The notes below the pieces were generated by a model, which was not told the DNA's origin, made no database searches, and was given only the letters and a program-made list of their open reading frames with translations. The position numbers and the translations under genes were made by a program. 64,000 bases of DNA from the human T2T-CHM13v2.0 reference genome, Homo sapiens: assembly GCF_009914755.1 (NCBI RefSeq), contig NC_060926.1. One strand, 5' to 3'. Within the stretch, counting starts at the first letter, position 1; every line of letters starts with the position of its first letter. Shown here one piece after another: positions 44,802 to 60,035 of the stretch.

Positions 44802-45166
44802 TTGATGCTGTGTTTTTTTATGTATATAAGGTTTTATGATTTTACTTTTACCATTGTAAAATATGATTAGCTTGTCTCATTCATCTTTTTTTTCTGGTAT
44901 TACAATGGGTTTCACAGTGTTGGTTCAATGCCTGCCTTTTGTTAAAATTTGCCCAATTTACTTTTACCATCATTTTATTATTATACTTTATATTGTCAAA
45001 TTTTTAACTTTCTCACTTTCACACAACATATAGCTAGATATGGGATTGTTGTTCATTTGTTTTCTCTTCTTTCTTTTTTTTTCTTCTTTTCTCTCCCTAA
45101 TGTTAAAGCCTCTGATTTATAAGGAAATATAACTCATGTTTATTATGCCTACAAACATACTTAGTA

Positions 45167-45750
45167 TTTCTTAGGTTGAGATTCCCAGCAAGTGGAGCCT
45201 GTGGCAAAGGCTGGTGTGCTTCTGCTCCATTAGAGTGTGATCCCAGGGAGAAGTAGTGAGATCAAGTACAGCAAAGCAGGGAAGAAGGGAGAGCCAATAG
45301 AAAATGTGCCATGGGGCTGAGCATTACAAGGTAAAGCAGATGTTTGACCTTCAGGATCTCTTCCCCCAGAAGCTATATGACTGTGGCTCAGAACCGTGTG
45401 CCCAAAGGAGACAGAGAGGATAATTTATCTACACACATCTGTTGCCCATCACTCAAAAGTCTGGCTGATAGGGGGTTAATTCTGCCCCACCACCCACCCC
45501 TACACACACATATTTCGGTTGGACATAGGTGGGCACTGACGTAGATTCTTTGCTTCCTGTACTTATATGTGAATAGCAAAGTGTTGAGAACTGGAAGCAT
45601 GAGTGAGTGACATGCAAGGAACTGACATTGAAGTAAGATTCTGTGAGGGTGAGGTTGCATTTGTAGAAAGTGGTTATAGTCCACTTAGCAATGGTCATCA
45701 CAGAGGTGGCTGAGGGACCAGTAGATGGTTCTGAAAAGGTAAGTGGATGC
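45167..45750 (-). mobile_element. Old ERVL LTR (LTR33-like)
   Basis: ttaggttgagattccc...gtgatcccagg...gggaagaagggagagccaatag resembles recalled LTR33-family sequence. Confidence 0.45.
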
Positions 45751-48105
45751 TACCTAGGTTTGTTTAGTCTTCTTTCTAGCAGGGTTTCTGATTGGGTTTC
45801 ATTTATTTTATTCTCTTGTACTGAATTGTCTTTTCCTATTTTTCTTTTTTGTTTTAAGCATTATTCATCATAGGCCTAATAGTTGCCCACATATATTTAA
45901 TGTGTATGTTTATATTATAATTTTTGAAGGATAATTTGAATTATTATCCATTTAGAAAATGACCATAACATACTTTCACATTTCTTGTGCTCTACCTTCT
46001 TCACCTCAACTAGTCACCCTTTATATGCTCTGGGTTTCATATTGAAAATATATTTGAAATATTCCTGGATCATTACACATAACTCTGTAACATATTTATT
46101 TTTTAAATTCTGGAGAAATCTATTTTTGAGCTCACTAGTTTCCTTTATAAGTCTATCCATTTCTCAATTCAACCCACTCATAGAGTTTTTTAATTACTTT
46201 TTTCAACTAAAAATTGAATGTTTAAATCTAACTCTTTTAAAATGACCACTGCTTAACATAAACTGGGAAGAGATAAGGGAGTCATGGCCCATCTGTTCCA
46301 GTAATCATCCAGATGGACAACCAGGTGGCCTCTGCCTTGCTTACAATCATTAACTGTGAACCTGGAGGACTGCTACAACCAACCTTAGCAGAAGATCTGA
46401 GGATACAAAAGTTTAGGGCACCAGTTTCTTATGTTCTTTTTTTTCTTTATAATTCTTTTAATCTTCTCTTTATGTTTCAGGGATTCCTCAAAATTTGCAA
46501 TTGGTTGATGGCACTCTTCATCTTTCTGATGTTCATTTAGAAGTGGTATGTGTGCGTGTGTATGTGTGTGTAGTGTGTATGTAGTCATTCTTACCAGTAG
46601 TGCACACCTCCCCCCCCAATTCTCTCCTCTATCCTACTTTGTTCTTTTGATTTTTTTCATTTCAAGGGATTTTGGAAAGTAGAAGAGTAAAATTGTATAG
46701 TCAATCTACACCCTTTGATACAATCTCCAGTGCACTAATTAATTTTACATTTTTATCATTGTTAGTTTTTATTGAAACACGCATGCCAAAAGAAAAAAAA
46801 TCCACCCAAGAATAATTGAATTGGTGTATCTGAGTTTGGTAGATAATCCTTTAAATCTTAAATTGTGTTAATCTCAGCATTTGCAGAGCTATTGCCTGCT
46901 ATCCTGTAGTGAACCCAGTTTCTAAATCAGAGCAATCCTTAATTAAAATGGGACATTAATCAACAGCAAACTATTTGTATCTACCATTATTCTAAATTGT
47001 GTGACTTGACAAGATCCACGTTATTGCCTAAGATAAACATTAAATATATAAACTTCATAAGGCAGAAGCTGTTTATCTTAGTCTTATCTAGAAAAGACAT
47101 TACAAATAAGGATTCATTAACTTATTCATTTTATATATATGTATGTTTTTCACGTTATAGATACGTATATTATTCTTTGCCAATTATATTGTAATTATAT
47201 GCTTTAGGATTAAATAACAGTTGTAATTTTTTGTCACACACATGCCTGCATGTGTAGGCACTTTATGCATATGAACACATTTATATTTCTTATTTATACA
47301 TCAAGATTATGCAAAAAATGAGAAAAAATAAAAATATGAAAATGCTTAATTCAGTTATTTGTGCAACCTAAATATAAAATTAGAGCATGCCTCCAGGATC
47401 TAATGGGAGTCTTAAGGGTCCATTAGATGGCACAATTGGTTTAAAATTATAATATCTCTCAAATTTTTAAAATTAAAATTTGCCTTCAATGTAAAGCAAT
47501 GGTAACAACAAACTGTTAGAATAACATATGGCACTAACCAAATTGATTCTAAATGGCCACCTGTCCCTAATATCTATGATTTCCTCCACAGATAATTACT
47601 GGGAACCTGATGCTCAGTACTGTATTAGGCATTAAAAGGATGAAGATGACTAAGGGAACAAAATAACAGCTTAGAATAATTCTCTCCTTTTTAGAGTTTT
47701 TCCCTAACTTTGTCAAAGTATAATTAAAAAATAAAAATGTCTATATTTTCAGCATACAATGTGATGTTTTAATATACATCTTCATTGATTACCACAGTTG
47801 TGCTTATTAACATATCCATCACCTCACAGGTTTACATATTTTTTTTGTGGTGAGAACATTTAAGAATACTCTCTGAGTAAATGTTAAGTATACGGTACAG
47901 TATAATTAATGATAGGTATGGTCTATTGGATTTCCAAAACTAATTCATTCTGCATAACTGCAACTTTATGTCATTTTACCAATGTCTCCTCTTTTCCCTC
48001 ACTCTCAAGACACTGGCAATCATCATTTTTCTCTCTGTTTCTATGAGTTTAAGTTTTTAAGATTGTATATGTGAGAGTATGCTGTATTTGTCTTTCTGTC
48101 CCTAG

Positions 48106-48483
<378 letters not shown>

Positions 48484-48513
48484 AGAATTTCCTCTTTTTA
48501 AAAAAAGAAAAAT

Positions 48514-48815
48514 GGCCGGGCGCGGTGGCTCACGCCTGTGATCCCAACACTTTGGGAAGTCGAGGCAGGGGGATCACGAGGTCAGGAGATGGAGACCATC
48601 CTGGCTAACACGGTGAAACCCCGTCTCTACTAAAAATACAAAAAATTAGCCGGGCGTGGTGGCGGGCGCCTGTAGTCCCAGCTACTCGGGAGGCTGAGGC
48701 AGGAGAATGGCTGATCCCGGGAGGCGGAGCTTGCAGTGAGCTGAGATCCTGCAACTGCACTCCAGCCTGGGCGACACAGCAAGACTCTGTCTCAAAAAAA
48801 AAAAAAAAAAAAGAA
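48514..48815 (+). mobile_element. AluY
   Basis: CpG-rich, with AluY diagnostics. TSD aaaaaagaaaaat at 48501-48513 and 48816-48828. Confidence 0.97.
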
Positions 48816-50594
48816 AAAAAAGAAAAATATTCCTGTGTGGGTGTGTGGGGGTGTGTGGGGGTGTGTGTTTTTGTGTCTGTGTATTTTCTTTGTCTATTCA
48901 TCTGTCTATGAAAACAGTTGATTCCGTATCTTGGCCATTGTGAATAATGCTGCAGTGAACACAGGAATGCAGATATCTCTTCAACATACTGATTTTATTT
49001 CCTTTGAATGTATACACAATATTGGGATTGCTGGATTATATGATAATTATTTTTAATTTTTTAAGAACCTCCATACTGTTTTTATAATAGCTGTAACAAT
49101 TTACAATCCCACCAAGAATGTACACGGGTTTCCATTTTTTCACACCCTCACCAACACTGATTATCTTTTGTCTTTTTGATAATAGCCATTCTAGCCATTC
49201 TAACAAGTGTGAGGTTATTGTGGTTTTAATTTGCATTTCCCTGATGATTAGTAATGTTCAGCTTTTTTTTTTTCATGTACCTATTGGCCACTTATATGTC
49301 TTCTTTTGAGAACTGTCTCTTCCGATCCTTTGCCCATTTTTTAATTAGGTTATTTGTTTTTGCTGTTGAGATCTTTGAATTCCTTATATGTTTTGGATAT
49401 TAATCTCTCATTGTATATATGGCTTGCAAACAATTTCTCCCATGTAGGTTGCCTCTTCATTATGCTAATTATTTCCTTTGTTATACAGAAGCTTTTTAGT
49501 TGATGCAATCCCATTTGTCTATTTTTGATTTTGTTGCCTTTGCTTTGGGGATCATATCCAAAAATTATTTGCCCAGACCAATGTCAAAAGGGGTTTTTTC
49601 CTATGTTGTCTTTCAATAATTTTATAGTTTCAGATGTTACATTGAAGTCTTTAATCTATTTTGGGTTGATTTATGTAGACAGTGTGAGATAAGGGTACAA
49701 TTTCATTCTTCTGCATTTAGATAAGCAGTTTTCCCAACATCTTTATTGAAAAGACTTTCCCCATTGCATGTTCTTGTCATCTTTGTCGAAGATCTATTGA
49801 CAATAAATGTGTGGATTTATTTCTGGGCTCTCTATACAATTCCATTGGGCTGTATGTCTATTTTTATGCCAGTATCATGTTGTTTTTATTACTATAGCTT
49901 TGTAGTATATTTCAAAATCTGGTAGTATGATGCCTTCATCATTGTTCTTGTCAGGATTACTTTTGACTGTTTGGAACTTTTGTGGTTTCATATGCTTTAG
50001 GATTTCTTTTGTATTTCTGTAAATAATACCATTGGATTTTTATGGGGCTTGCATTGATTCTGTATTTGTTTTGAATTTTTAACAATATAGATTCTTCCAA
50101 TATATAAACATAGATTTTTTTGTTTATTTGTGTCTTCTTCAATTTCTTTCATCAATATTTTAAAGTTTAACTGTACAGATCTTTTATCTCCTTTGCTCAA
50201 TCTATTCCTAAATCTGTTTTAAATGATACTGTGAATGGGATTGCTTCCCTATTTTCTTTTTTGGGTGTTTCATTGTTAGTGTATAGAAATGCCACAGATT
50301 TTTATATGTTTGTTTTGTATCCTGCAGTTATACACTGAAGTTGTTTATTAGTTCTAACACTTTTTCAATAGAGCCTTTAAAGTTTTTCCATATATACAGT
50401 CATGCCATCTGCAAAGAGACAATTTAACTTTTTCAGTCAAGATTGTAATGGATATCCTCCAGACTGTTCAGTTGTTTCCTTACAGAAATCACAGTTTTAC
50501 CCTCAGTAATCTCAATACAATTACAAAGACAAATAAAAGGATCAGTATGTCTTTGATTTTGTTGGAAATACATTAACTCAGCTTTTACTCAGTT

Positions 50595-50710
50595 TAGCAT
50601 AGTGGTAAGATGTACAGGTTTTGACATTAGACAGATCCAAATTCCAATTCTGCTTCCTCGAATCGCATGCTGATGAATTTAGGCATGTTACTTAACCTCT
50701 CTGAGAATCT
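50595..50710 (+). mobile_element. MIR fragment
   Basis: agcatagtggtaaga...ggcatgttacttaacctctctgag. Confidence 0.6.
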
Positions 50711-52275
50711 TTCCTTTCTTTTTTTTTTTAATTTGGTGAGTGAGCATAATAATCACAATAATCGAATAGGCTATTTTTCAGGTCTATCTATATATATATG
50801 TATACGTATATAATATTTATATGTATGTATAAAACATTTAGCGTAAAAGCATTCAATTGATTTTAATCTCCTTACCTGTAAGTGTTTATTTTGGTGTGTA
50901 TTAACACATTGTGTGTATGTTTATATAGTGTCTGCATTTAAATAAAATAGATTTAAACTTAATAACCTGGAATGCTAGATTTATATCATCACAATTTATT
51001 AGGTTAAAATGTGGGTGCTCTAAAACAAACAAACACAATGCAACCCCTCAGGCTCATGAAAGTAAAATGAGAAATACATTATGTGGTGATAAGAGCTAAT
51101 ACTTCATGCAAATGTGACATTACACATCTCTTTGTGTTTAGGACTATGCTTGTCAGCTATGCAAATGCTAGCCATTATTTCTTAACACACTCTGGTCCTT
51201 AAATAGCACCAAGAGGAATGTTCTATATTTCACTCATTTAGTACATTATTGTATTGTAATTTTTAAATAAAACTAAAAAGAACTAGACCACATAACCATC
51301 TTTGATCAATGTTCAGAACAAATATATGGCAGAGAATTATTAAACAGTACCTCAAGCATGCTCTTTCCAGAGGGCAATGGATTATTTAGTACCATGTCAA
51401 ATCACATAAACTAATTCAAAAATGATAAATTACAATGAAAATGCATGCTGATGTTTTGTCCCTGAATTCTAATAATGGGTGTAAAACAGTGTTAACTGTC
51501 ATTGATCAGACACATTTATTGGCATGCTAACCTAACAATTACCATAGTATTGACTATCAAACAGCCATATGATTATAGTATATGATGTACTATATAGTAT
51601 ATGATTATAGAAAAGATATAGCATATGGGTTCATTTACTCTAGGAATACCAATTATAAATATAAGTAAGTGTAGAATACTAATTTGTTAATTAAATAAAT
51701 ATCATTTTAATTCACAACAGTTGACACTCTGGTTCTCCTTGACTCCCTGAGTTTTAAATAAGAAAATGTATTAACTAACTTAGAATTTTCTCAAATTTAT
51801 TTATCATTGCACTTAGCCTTCACCTAATAAAAATGTTTATTTGGCTTTAGGCGTGAAATTTCCCAGATAGTCAAAAACAAATCTGCCAAATCAATGCCAA
51901 TAATCTTCTAAGTATTTTGAATATTAATATTTATGAAGGACAAAAGGTTACTTTTGTAATGTTGCAATTAAATGTCTATTTTCTCTTCATAAATAGAAAT
52001 TAATGAATCAATGTTTATGCAACTGACTGCTTGCCAATTAAACACTTATCTTAGGAATTCATAAACGTCCTTTCTCTTCAAAGAGTCAGCAATAGAAAAT
52101 TCTTTCTTTTTTCTCTTTTTTATAACCTTTCTTCTACCTACTTTTTTCTTATTCTCCCTGCCTATTTCTTGTCATTCTCTTTGTTCTATACTCTTTTTTC
52201 TTTGCTCTACATCCTCCTCCACGTCCCATGCAGTGTATGGTGTTAACTCATACAAAGCAGTGCATGTAGAGACTA

Positions 52276-52661
52276 TGTTATTAAAACCCCAGGGGTTTGG
52301 TCTAGGTTCCATTGCTCACTGCACAGAAAGCCAATCACTGAGACAATGAGTGTTGCCTGGGAAGAGAGATGGGAGCCAAAGCTCAAATCTATCCCTCTCA
52401 CCCAAGCAACATTGGGGGTTTATATATCAGGGAAGGAATTTAGCTATGTACAGAAAGCAATCATGACAAATGAGGGTTCTGGCATCTGTCTGGATTCGGT
52501 GATCAGGTGAGTTTCTGTTCCTTCCTTGCCTGAAGGTTAATTTCCCTAGGGAGGAACTCAGAAGTGAGTTTCAAGTTTTAAGACCAGAAGGGGCAATTTC
52601 TATATTTATTTAAAAAAAAAAAAGTAAACATGAGCTCTACGGAGCATTTGGGCTTGTTTCA
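52276..52661 (-). mobile_element. ERV1 solo LTR (MER66-like)
   Basis: TG...CA ends. ccaggggtttggtctagg...gcacagaaagccaatcactgagac resembles recalled MER66. Confidence 0.7.
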
Positions 52662-53696
52662 GCAGTAGGTGAGGGCGTGGCTGAGGCCTGGCAGGGAAGC
52701 GATGTTCACAAAGCCTGATCACCTTAGTTTAAAACATTTAGAATCTGAGAGGAAATTTCCTGGTCAATAATCTAGGCACCTCAAAAAAGTTTCCATTATT
52801 TTTTTTTCAAATACACAGATAATTTCTTGGCCAAATTTCTTGGCAATGACACTGAGGCAAGACCAGAAATGAATGGCTTGAAAGAATGAGAACAGCAAAG
52901 AAGAATTGTCCAGTTGTTCAAATGAGAGAATTTCAGCCCACAGTTGAGGTAATGATAGCAGATCTGGAAAAGACAGGGACGATAGAGGAAACTATAAAGA
53001 AGAGGGACACTGTAGAATTCAGCAATAGGTTGAAGAAAAGACAGAAATGAGTCACAGATTGGAAATGGAATAAATGCACATTGATGCCTTCCTTCCCCAC
53101 TGTTTTTTTTAAAAAGCACATATATCACCTGATGGTTATCTGAACGAGAGCCCGACTGAAGAGGCTGACAATCAGACTAAGCCAAGCAGACAAGTAAAAT
53201 AGCTATAGGGAACAGTCCTAGAAACAGGTTTTACAGTTTAGCATAGATATGTCTTTTTTCTTAAAAGAAACAATCTTGGCTTATATTTTATTCATAAAAG
53301 CTATTCTTTACTCTGTTGCCTTGAGTGATTTTGCCTATGTGTAGATGTGAGTACAGCAGCTTTAAATTCACCTGTGCCCTTGAAACAGCAGCCTGTAGTA
53401 CATTCAACATCGTTGCACTGACTGCTGCTATTCTGCCTTCTTTGTGAGCCAATTATGAATCTATCTTCAGAAAATTGTGCTCCAGTGCTATTACTGAATT
53501 AACACTTTGCTTAAGTGTGTTAATTCACAGACACCCACATGTGTGCCTACATACAACCTCAGAGAAAATGTGTAAATAAGTTTAAGAGTAGCAAAAAGGC
53601 ATGCTTTTTATGAAAAGCATTTAAAGTGTCTAAAATTTTCTATTTATCCTGTTAAGAGAGAAGGGTGCAGGGATTTATTAATATTGAATGAAATGA

Positions 53697-54114
<418 letters not shown>

Positions 54115-54534
54115 TAATGTTCATGTGTACATGGAATTTAAAGACAAAAGAATACATTCCCAAGAAAAACTTAACTTGTATTTCCAAGTCCTATCTTTAC
54201 ATCAGAACACCCTGTAGAGCTTTAAAAGTTCTAAAACCTGAATTCCACCTTGAGAAGTTATGATTTTAAAATCCCCACTGGTCAATTGCATGCATAGCCA
54301 AAGTGGAGGATCCCTGTATTAGGGCCTGCCTGTCGCTAGGCGCAGGGGGTGGCAGCAGGGCACAGTGGAGGTGGGTGTGTGGTGGAAATCACTTCCAAAC
54401 TTACCTAGCTCTAAGATGGGCTGTTAGAGGGCAGTTCCTTCTAAACTTTAAATCTGAAATCAACTGTTCAGTTTATGATTCTGTTACTGTATAACCCTGA
54501 CCTTGAATTTATCTGGGTCACCTTTGCTTTGAGA

Positions 54535-54780
54535 AAACAGCCTGTCTAGAAGAGCAGGGATTTTGTAATCAGAGATTTGAACTGAAGTCTTGGCTCTGGC
54601 CATTTACTACTGAGATACTTAGGTAAATTACTGAATCTCTTGTAACATCTGTTTCCTCACTCTATAAAGTAGAGTGATTAAAAATATACTCAACAGTTCC
54701 AAGGCTGTTCAAGTTCAATGAAAGATAATCTGTGTAGGATTGAACACACAGGAAGTGCTCAGTGTGCGTTAATTTCTTTC
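54535..54780 (+). mobile_element. MIR
   Basis: gtcttggctctggccatttactac...tctgtttcctcactctataaagt. Confidence 0.6.
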
Positions 54781-54952
54781 TCCTTTACTGAATGGTAGCT
54801 TTTTTATACTCATTTGTGCTCCTTATAAAATAGGCAAAGTTAAGGGAAAGTGATTAAAATCACATGAGCCTGTTCTCTATTTGGCTGTATCTCTGTAAAG
54901 AGTGAGAAGAAGGTTGGCTGTTTTAATTTTTAAGACAGAAAAATGATTTTTT

Positions 54953-55240
54953 GATTTTGTTTTGATAGAGTCTTGCTCTGTTTTCCTGGCTGGAGTGCAG
55001 TGGTGCAATCATAGCTCAGTATAACCTTGAACTCCTGGATTCAAATGATCCTCCTGCCTTAGCTTCCCTAGTCGCTTGGACTACAGGCACACAATACCAT
55101 ACCCAGATAACTTTTTTAAAATTTTTTTTCAGAAATAAGGAATCTGCCCAGGCTGGTCTCAAACTCCTGACCTCAAGCAATCCTCCTGCCTCAACCTCCC
55201 AAAGTGCTGGGACTACAGGTGTAACTACCAAAAACGGCAG
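54953..55240 (-). mobile_element. AluJ
   Basis: Diverged antisense dimer. aaatgatttttt flanks both ends. Confidence 0.9.
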
Positions 55241-55589
55241 GGAAATGATTTTTTTAAACACACATAGCAAAATGTTTTTGTCTTAATATGTGATGCCCAA
55301 CTTAAAATAGTTACCTTTAAGAGCTGAGAGGTTATTCCAAAGATGCTGCACTGAAAAAAACATTCATAGCCACACGTATGAAATTGTCTTCCAGAATTTA
55401 GGGTACGTGAAGCAGGATGGAAATGCAATCGCAAGGTCCTAGGGATACAAACCTGGGACAAACAAGCAAGTTTCCTGACTCTATAGAATTTACCTTTCAG
55501 AGGTAGACAGATGTTGATCAAGTGCTCCTACAGAAAACTAGGACATGTAAAATAACTAAGGATGGGAGGGGAGCAAATGTAGAAAATGG

Positions 55590-56070
55590 TAAACCATTTC
55601 GAAGGTAATGAGGGTTGTCCGGGGAAAGAGATGATGACACCCTGGACTAGGTTTGGGTGCTGGAGTCAACTTATGTAAATTATTTAGGAGGGAGAGCCAA
55701 CAGGATTTGCATATCATGGGGATTTCTGCATGTATTATTTTAGAGGTGAAATCAATGGGACTTGAAAGAGAAGCTTATATGTGATATATCTGACTTGAGC
55801 AACCAGATGAACCATGCTGCTAGTCAATAAAATTGGCAGGATTAAATAAATCTCTTATATGAGGTAGAAGACCACATCTTGAATACATTGAGTTTGAGAT
55901 GCCTTTGGACCATCCAAGATGAAATGTCGGATAAGCAGCAGGAGCGATGCCTTGGTCCCACAGACAAGAGAGTGAGAAGCAGTTATACGTGGGTCATGGT
56001 ATAAATCATATGATGGCCAGTGAAGCCATGAGTGTGGGAGGTCATATTCAGTGAAAGCTCAGAGTGAGAA
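55590..56070 (-). mobile_element. L2 fragment
   Basis: ttgagtttgagatgcctttggaccatccaagatgaaatgtc is typical antisense L2. Confidence 0.6.
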
Positions 56071-56262
56071 GAGTGCCTTTACACAAGTTTTTATTAAGGA
56101 CTTCCTGTGATAGCATTGACTGCTGATCACATTGGTGTTTGCATAAAATAGCATAATCTAATCCACAAATTCTCTTTCTTAGAAGTTGTTTAGAAGTAAA
56201 AGCAAAGCTGCTCTTCAATAAATGTCTCTTGCACATACTCAGCAATCCTAGAAGAGAAGCCA

Positions 56263-56334
56263 AAAGATACAATCAGTATGTAAAGGTACGATCAGTGTGT
56301 AAAGATACAGTCAGTGTGTAAAGATAGGTCAGTG
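56263..56334. repeat. 19-bp minisatellite, about 3.8 copies (aaagatacagtcagtgtgt)
   Basis: Units start at 56263, 56282, 56301 and 56320. Confidence 0.85.
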
Positions 56335-57479
56335 CTTAGAATGATCGAGGGGAAGTCCCAGATGAAAAATGTTGAAGGTTGTCTGGCCATGTCAGTTTCA
56401 AACCCAAATGAATCCTGAGATTTTTATGCCCTATAGAAATAGTTACTCATTAAGATTTTATCAAAATAGTCTCCTTGAAAAAATAATTCTCATGTTTGTC
56501 AGCTGCAGTGTGTAATCTAAAATTTAATTAGAGATTTTAAATATCTCTTGAATCTCTGATAGCAGTTTTCAAGACATTTGAGGCTTATTAGCTCAGCCCA
56601 TTTTACTGCAGGGAAGAATGAGATAGCAATGGTGAACTTTTTTTTTTTTTTTAATGTTAGGCAACTCCTTTTATTCCATAATGAGAAAACACCTGCTTTT
56701 TAATTAAAATTCTATTTCTGTATACCTTTGTTTGAGTAGTTGAATCCTAAATATTCAGGGGCAGTGAGTCCATTTAAAACTCATAACAAGTAAAACTTCT
56801 TAAATTTAATTGTACCCTTCAGGTTCAAAAGTGCTTTGGTAATTTGGGTTCTAAACAGAATGTGGGAAGCAATTAAGGGAGGCTGCTATTGTGAATCATG
56901 CATCACACTCAGAATCGAAAGACGTGGGTTTTCATTCACCCTGTGCTACACACAGGATATGTTTATGAGCTGAGCTCTGTGGAAGCAGAGACATTTCTTA
57001 ACCTCCCAATCTCCACATCTACCTTATAAAGATTTGGTAGGTTTTGTTGTTTCTGTTGTTGTTGAAGTTTTAAAGTTTATGGTGAAATATATGTCAGACA
57101 TTCAGGTAAGAATAAAATATTATAAAAAGTATTATAATAAACATTAGGTTTCTTTAAGCTAACATTAGGAAGTAATTACTTCAGTTTATTTTTTAAGGAA
57201 TTAAATGCTATAAACACAATTGAGATCCTTTTTCTACCTTTCTCCCATATCATTTCCTTCCCTCCTCCTCCACTATACATACAATTAGGAATTCAGTGCA
57301 CATAAAAATATTTTTTTTTAGACTGAAGGACTCCTAGATCCTTATCTATGACTATAGAGAAACAGATCAGAGAGTGTGCTAAATCTATAGGTGCTGGCCC
57401 TGTATATGTCAAAAGGATAATAATTTCTATAAATGTATTCTGTACTTTTGTTACATAATTATGTATTGATAAGTATATG

Positions 57480-57960
57480 TAATTTTTTGCACTATGTGTT
57501 AACGTTTATCGAAATAGCACTACGTGTACATTACACTACATGTAACATTGAACCTCTTGCTTTTTTACTCAATATTTTTTTGAGTTTTCTCTATGTTGGT
57601 AAAGGTTACTAATTCATTCCAAGTTCTACATCATATTATTCCATTTACAAATGTAGCATAATATAGTCTTCCATATTCCTGCTGATGGATGTTAGATTGT
57701 TTATAATGTTAAATTGTTCATTATAAATAATGAAGTAATGAGCATTACTGCTCTTGAACATGCCTTGTGTTCATATGTGAGAGTTTTATACACAGGATAT
57801 TTCTTTCTTGCTGTAGACTAAAATTGTTCACTTTTACTATCACACTGCTATATTGTTTTCCAAAGTGGTTGTACAAATTTACACTTCCAATAGCAGTGTA
57901 TGAGAGTCTTATTTTTCCATATTTCTGCAAATATCTAGTTTTTCCTTTTTTGTATGTGTG
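57480..57960 (-). mobile_element. L1ME-like 3' fragment
   Basis: ttttccaaagtggttgtacaaatttacacttccaatagcagtgtatgagagt. Confidence 0.7.
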
Positions 57961-60035
57961 CCTGAATTTATCTCAGACTTTCATAGCTAAATTTTTGGGG
58001 CCACCTCTACTGTCACTACTAACATCTCCATGAATGCCACCATCTCCCTGATTCTTTCCATGCGAGCATTGTATATAGGTGCAATGGAATGGGCCAAGTG
58101 CTATTTGTAATCATGGCAGCTGTCGTCTAATATATAACTCTATATAATCAAAATAACATGAGTAAAATCTTTAATCTGTCTTATTCATTCATTATATGTT
58201 AGTTAAATGTTGGCACTAAGAATAATTATAATTCTGATTTAATAATTAAAAAGATAAAAGAATTATATAATTTTTTATGAGAACACACCAGATTCACCAT
58301 GAACTTCAAAGAGGGATACATAAAATTCTGCCCTTGTGTGGATCAAATACATGACATCTAACCTCACCGGAAAACTGGAAAATTAGTCAAAATAGCAAAT
58401 AATTATGTAGCTTCTTCCATCCCCTCTTTGACATTCCCTAATTTCACATAATTCTAGAATTAAAAGGAATACAGTAACAACCTTGCCTAAGTTTCTTATT
58501 TAAAATTCAGGAAGAATATTCTCAAATTATGAATCCTAAAGAGGTGAAATGCCTTGATAAAGTCACATAACAACAGATTTTCACCTTTAACTTCTTTTTC
58601 CTGATTTTTGGCAGCCTGAGACCCTGCAGTGCAGTGTTCTGCCAAAACACGTGGGCCTGTTGCCCTCAAGAACAGCCCAAGCCATCAAGATTTCCCTGAC
58701 TCACTTGTTTACTCTAACATCTCACCTCCTTTTTCTGTAATATTTCAGGACTTTCCTCCTTGCTAACCAATCTAATAAGCTAATGAGCCAGCACTGGCAG
58801 AGGTTTAATGTTCTATCCATTCTCAATAATATTGCCCAAGAGGGAAATTTTTCAGCCAGTTTCTGTTGAAGCCTCTCAAAATATTACTCTACAACTATCA
58901 ACCTAATCTTCTCAAATGTAGGCAGAAAAACAAAAATCACTTCAGTCTTTTCTATTTTAATTTACTGAGGTACACTAAAGAAAACTTCTCTATCATTATC
59001 CACCTCATAAAGGCCTGAGACAATCACACTCATCACTTAAATTCAGACATAAGCATGGCACGCTAATGAAACTAAGGCAAATATGAAGGTAACAGTTTAT
59101 TTTTAATGCCTATTAAATATTGTTAAATTAAAATGAAACATTTAAGAAAATATATGTGACATTCAAATGAACACCAAATGATTCATTTCACACTAGTCAA
59201 TATTAAATTAACTCCATATTACATGAAAATGTTAAATACTACTGAAATAAGCAGCAAAAGAAAATTATACTGTAACCTCACAAACACATCATGGTTGGAA
59301 ATTTGTTATTCAAAAAAGATTAAGACTAATTTTGTAAAACTGTTTTAAAGTCAATTATTTTTAAAAAGAATTACGAGAAAATATCATCACATCAGTGGTT
59401 CCATTATATGTTTTAAATTAATGAACTAATGAAACCCACTAAAATGTAGGCAGGTGTAAACAAATTGCTGTTTGTATAACGCAATACTTAGTAAAGATTA
59501 TTTAAGTAGTATGCTAAAATCTAAACAATACGTAGAGTCTATAAAGGATAACTTTTAGAATTACGTTTCAAAATTAAAGTTGAAATAATAAACTGAAGAA
59601 ATTGCTAACCTAATCAATTCTGAGTTTGCAATATACAACACGGGATTGGTCACCTGATATCAATATGTAAGTTGTTTCAAAGTGCAAACTTGATTTTAAA
59701 AAGTTTCTTTGGTCTTCATATTAAAGACATATTTAAGTATCACAGATAACTTAAATTACTCAAGTTATCAGTTAAATTGCTCAAAGAGTAACACCATAAT
59801 TACTATACAATAATATTTTGATTATTTTGACCTCTATAATCATGCTGAAGAGATATTTATAGGTTCTTGATTAATGGGCAATTTTTTGATTTAGATTAAT
59901 TCTATGATAAACTTAAGGTTATCAAGTCTTATTTTTTCTTCAATAATTTAACATTCACACACAGACACACACACTTGAGTCCACACTTGAGTGCCCACTC
60001 TACACCGTGCTGGGACTCAGAAATAAGAAATCCTC

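Noticed and set aside
56263-56334. Regularly spaced repeats as a CRISPR-like array
   Set aside because: Head-to-tail units with no spacers, in eukaryotic DNA.
58620-58830. E-box (cacgtg) and CCAAT motifs as an enhancer or promoter
   Set aside because: Short motifs are expected by chance and cannot be supported without conservation or chromatin data.
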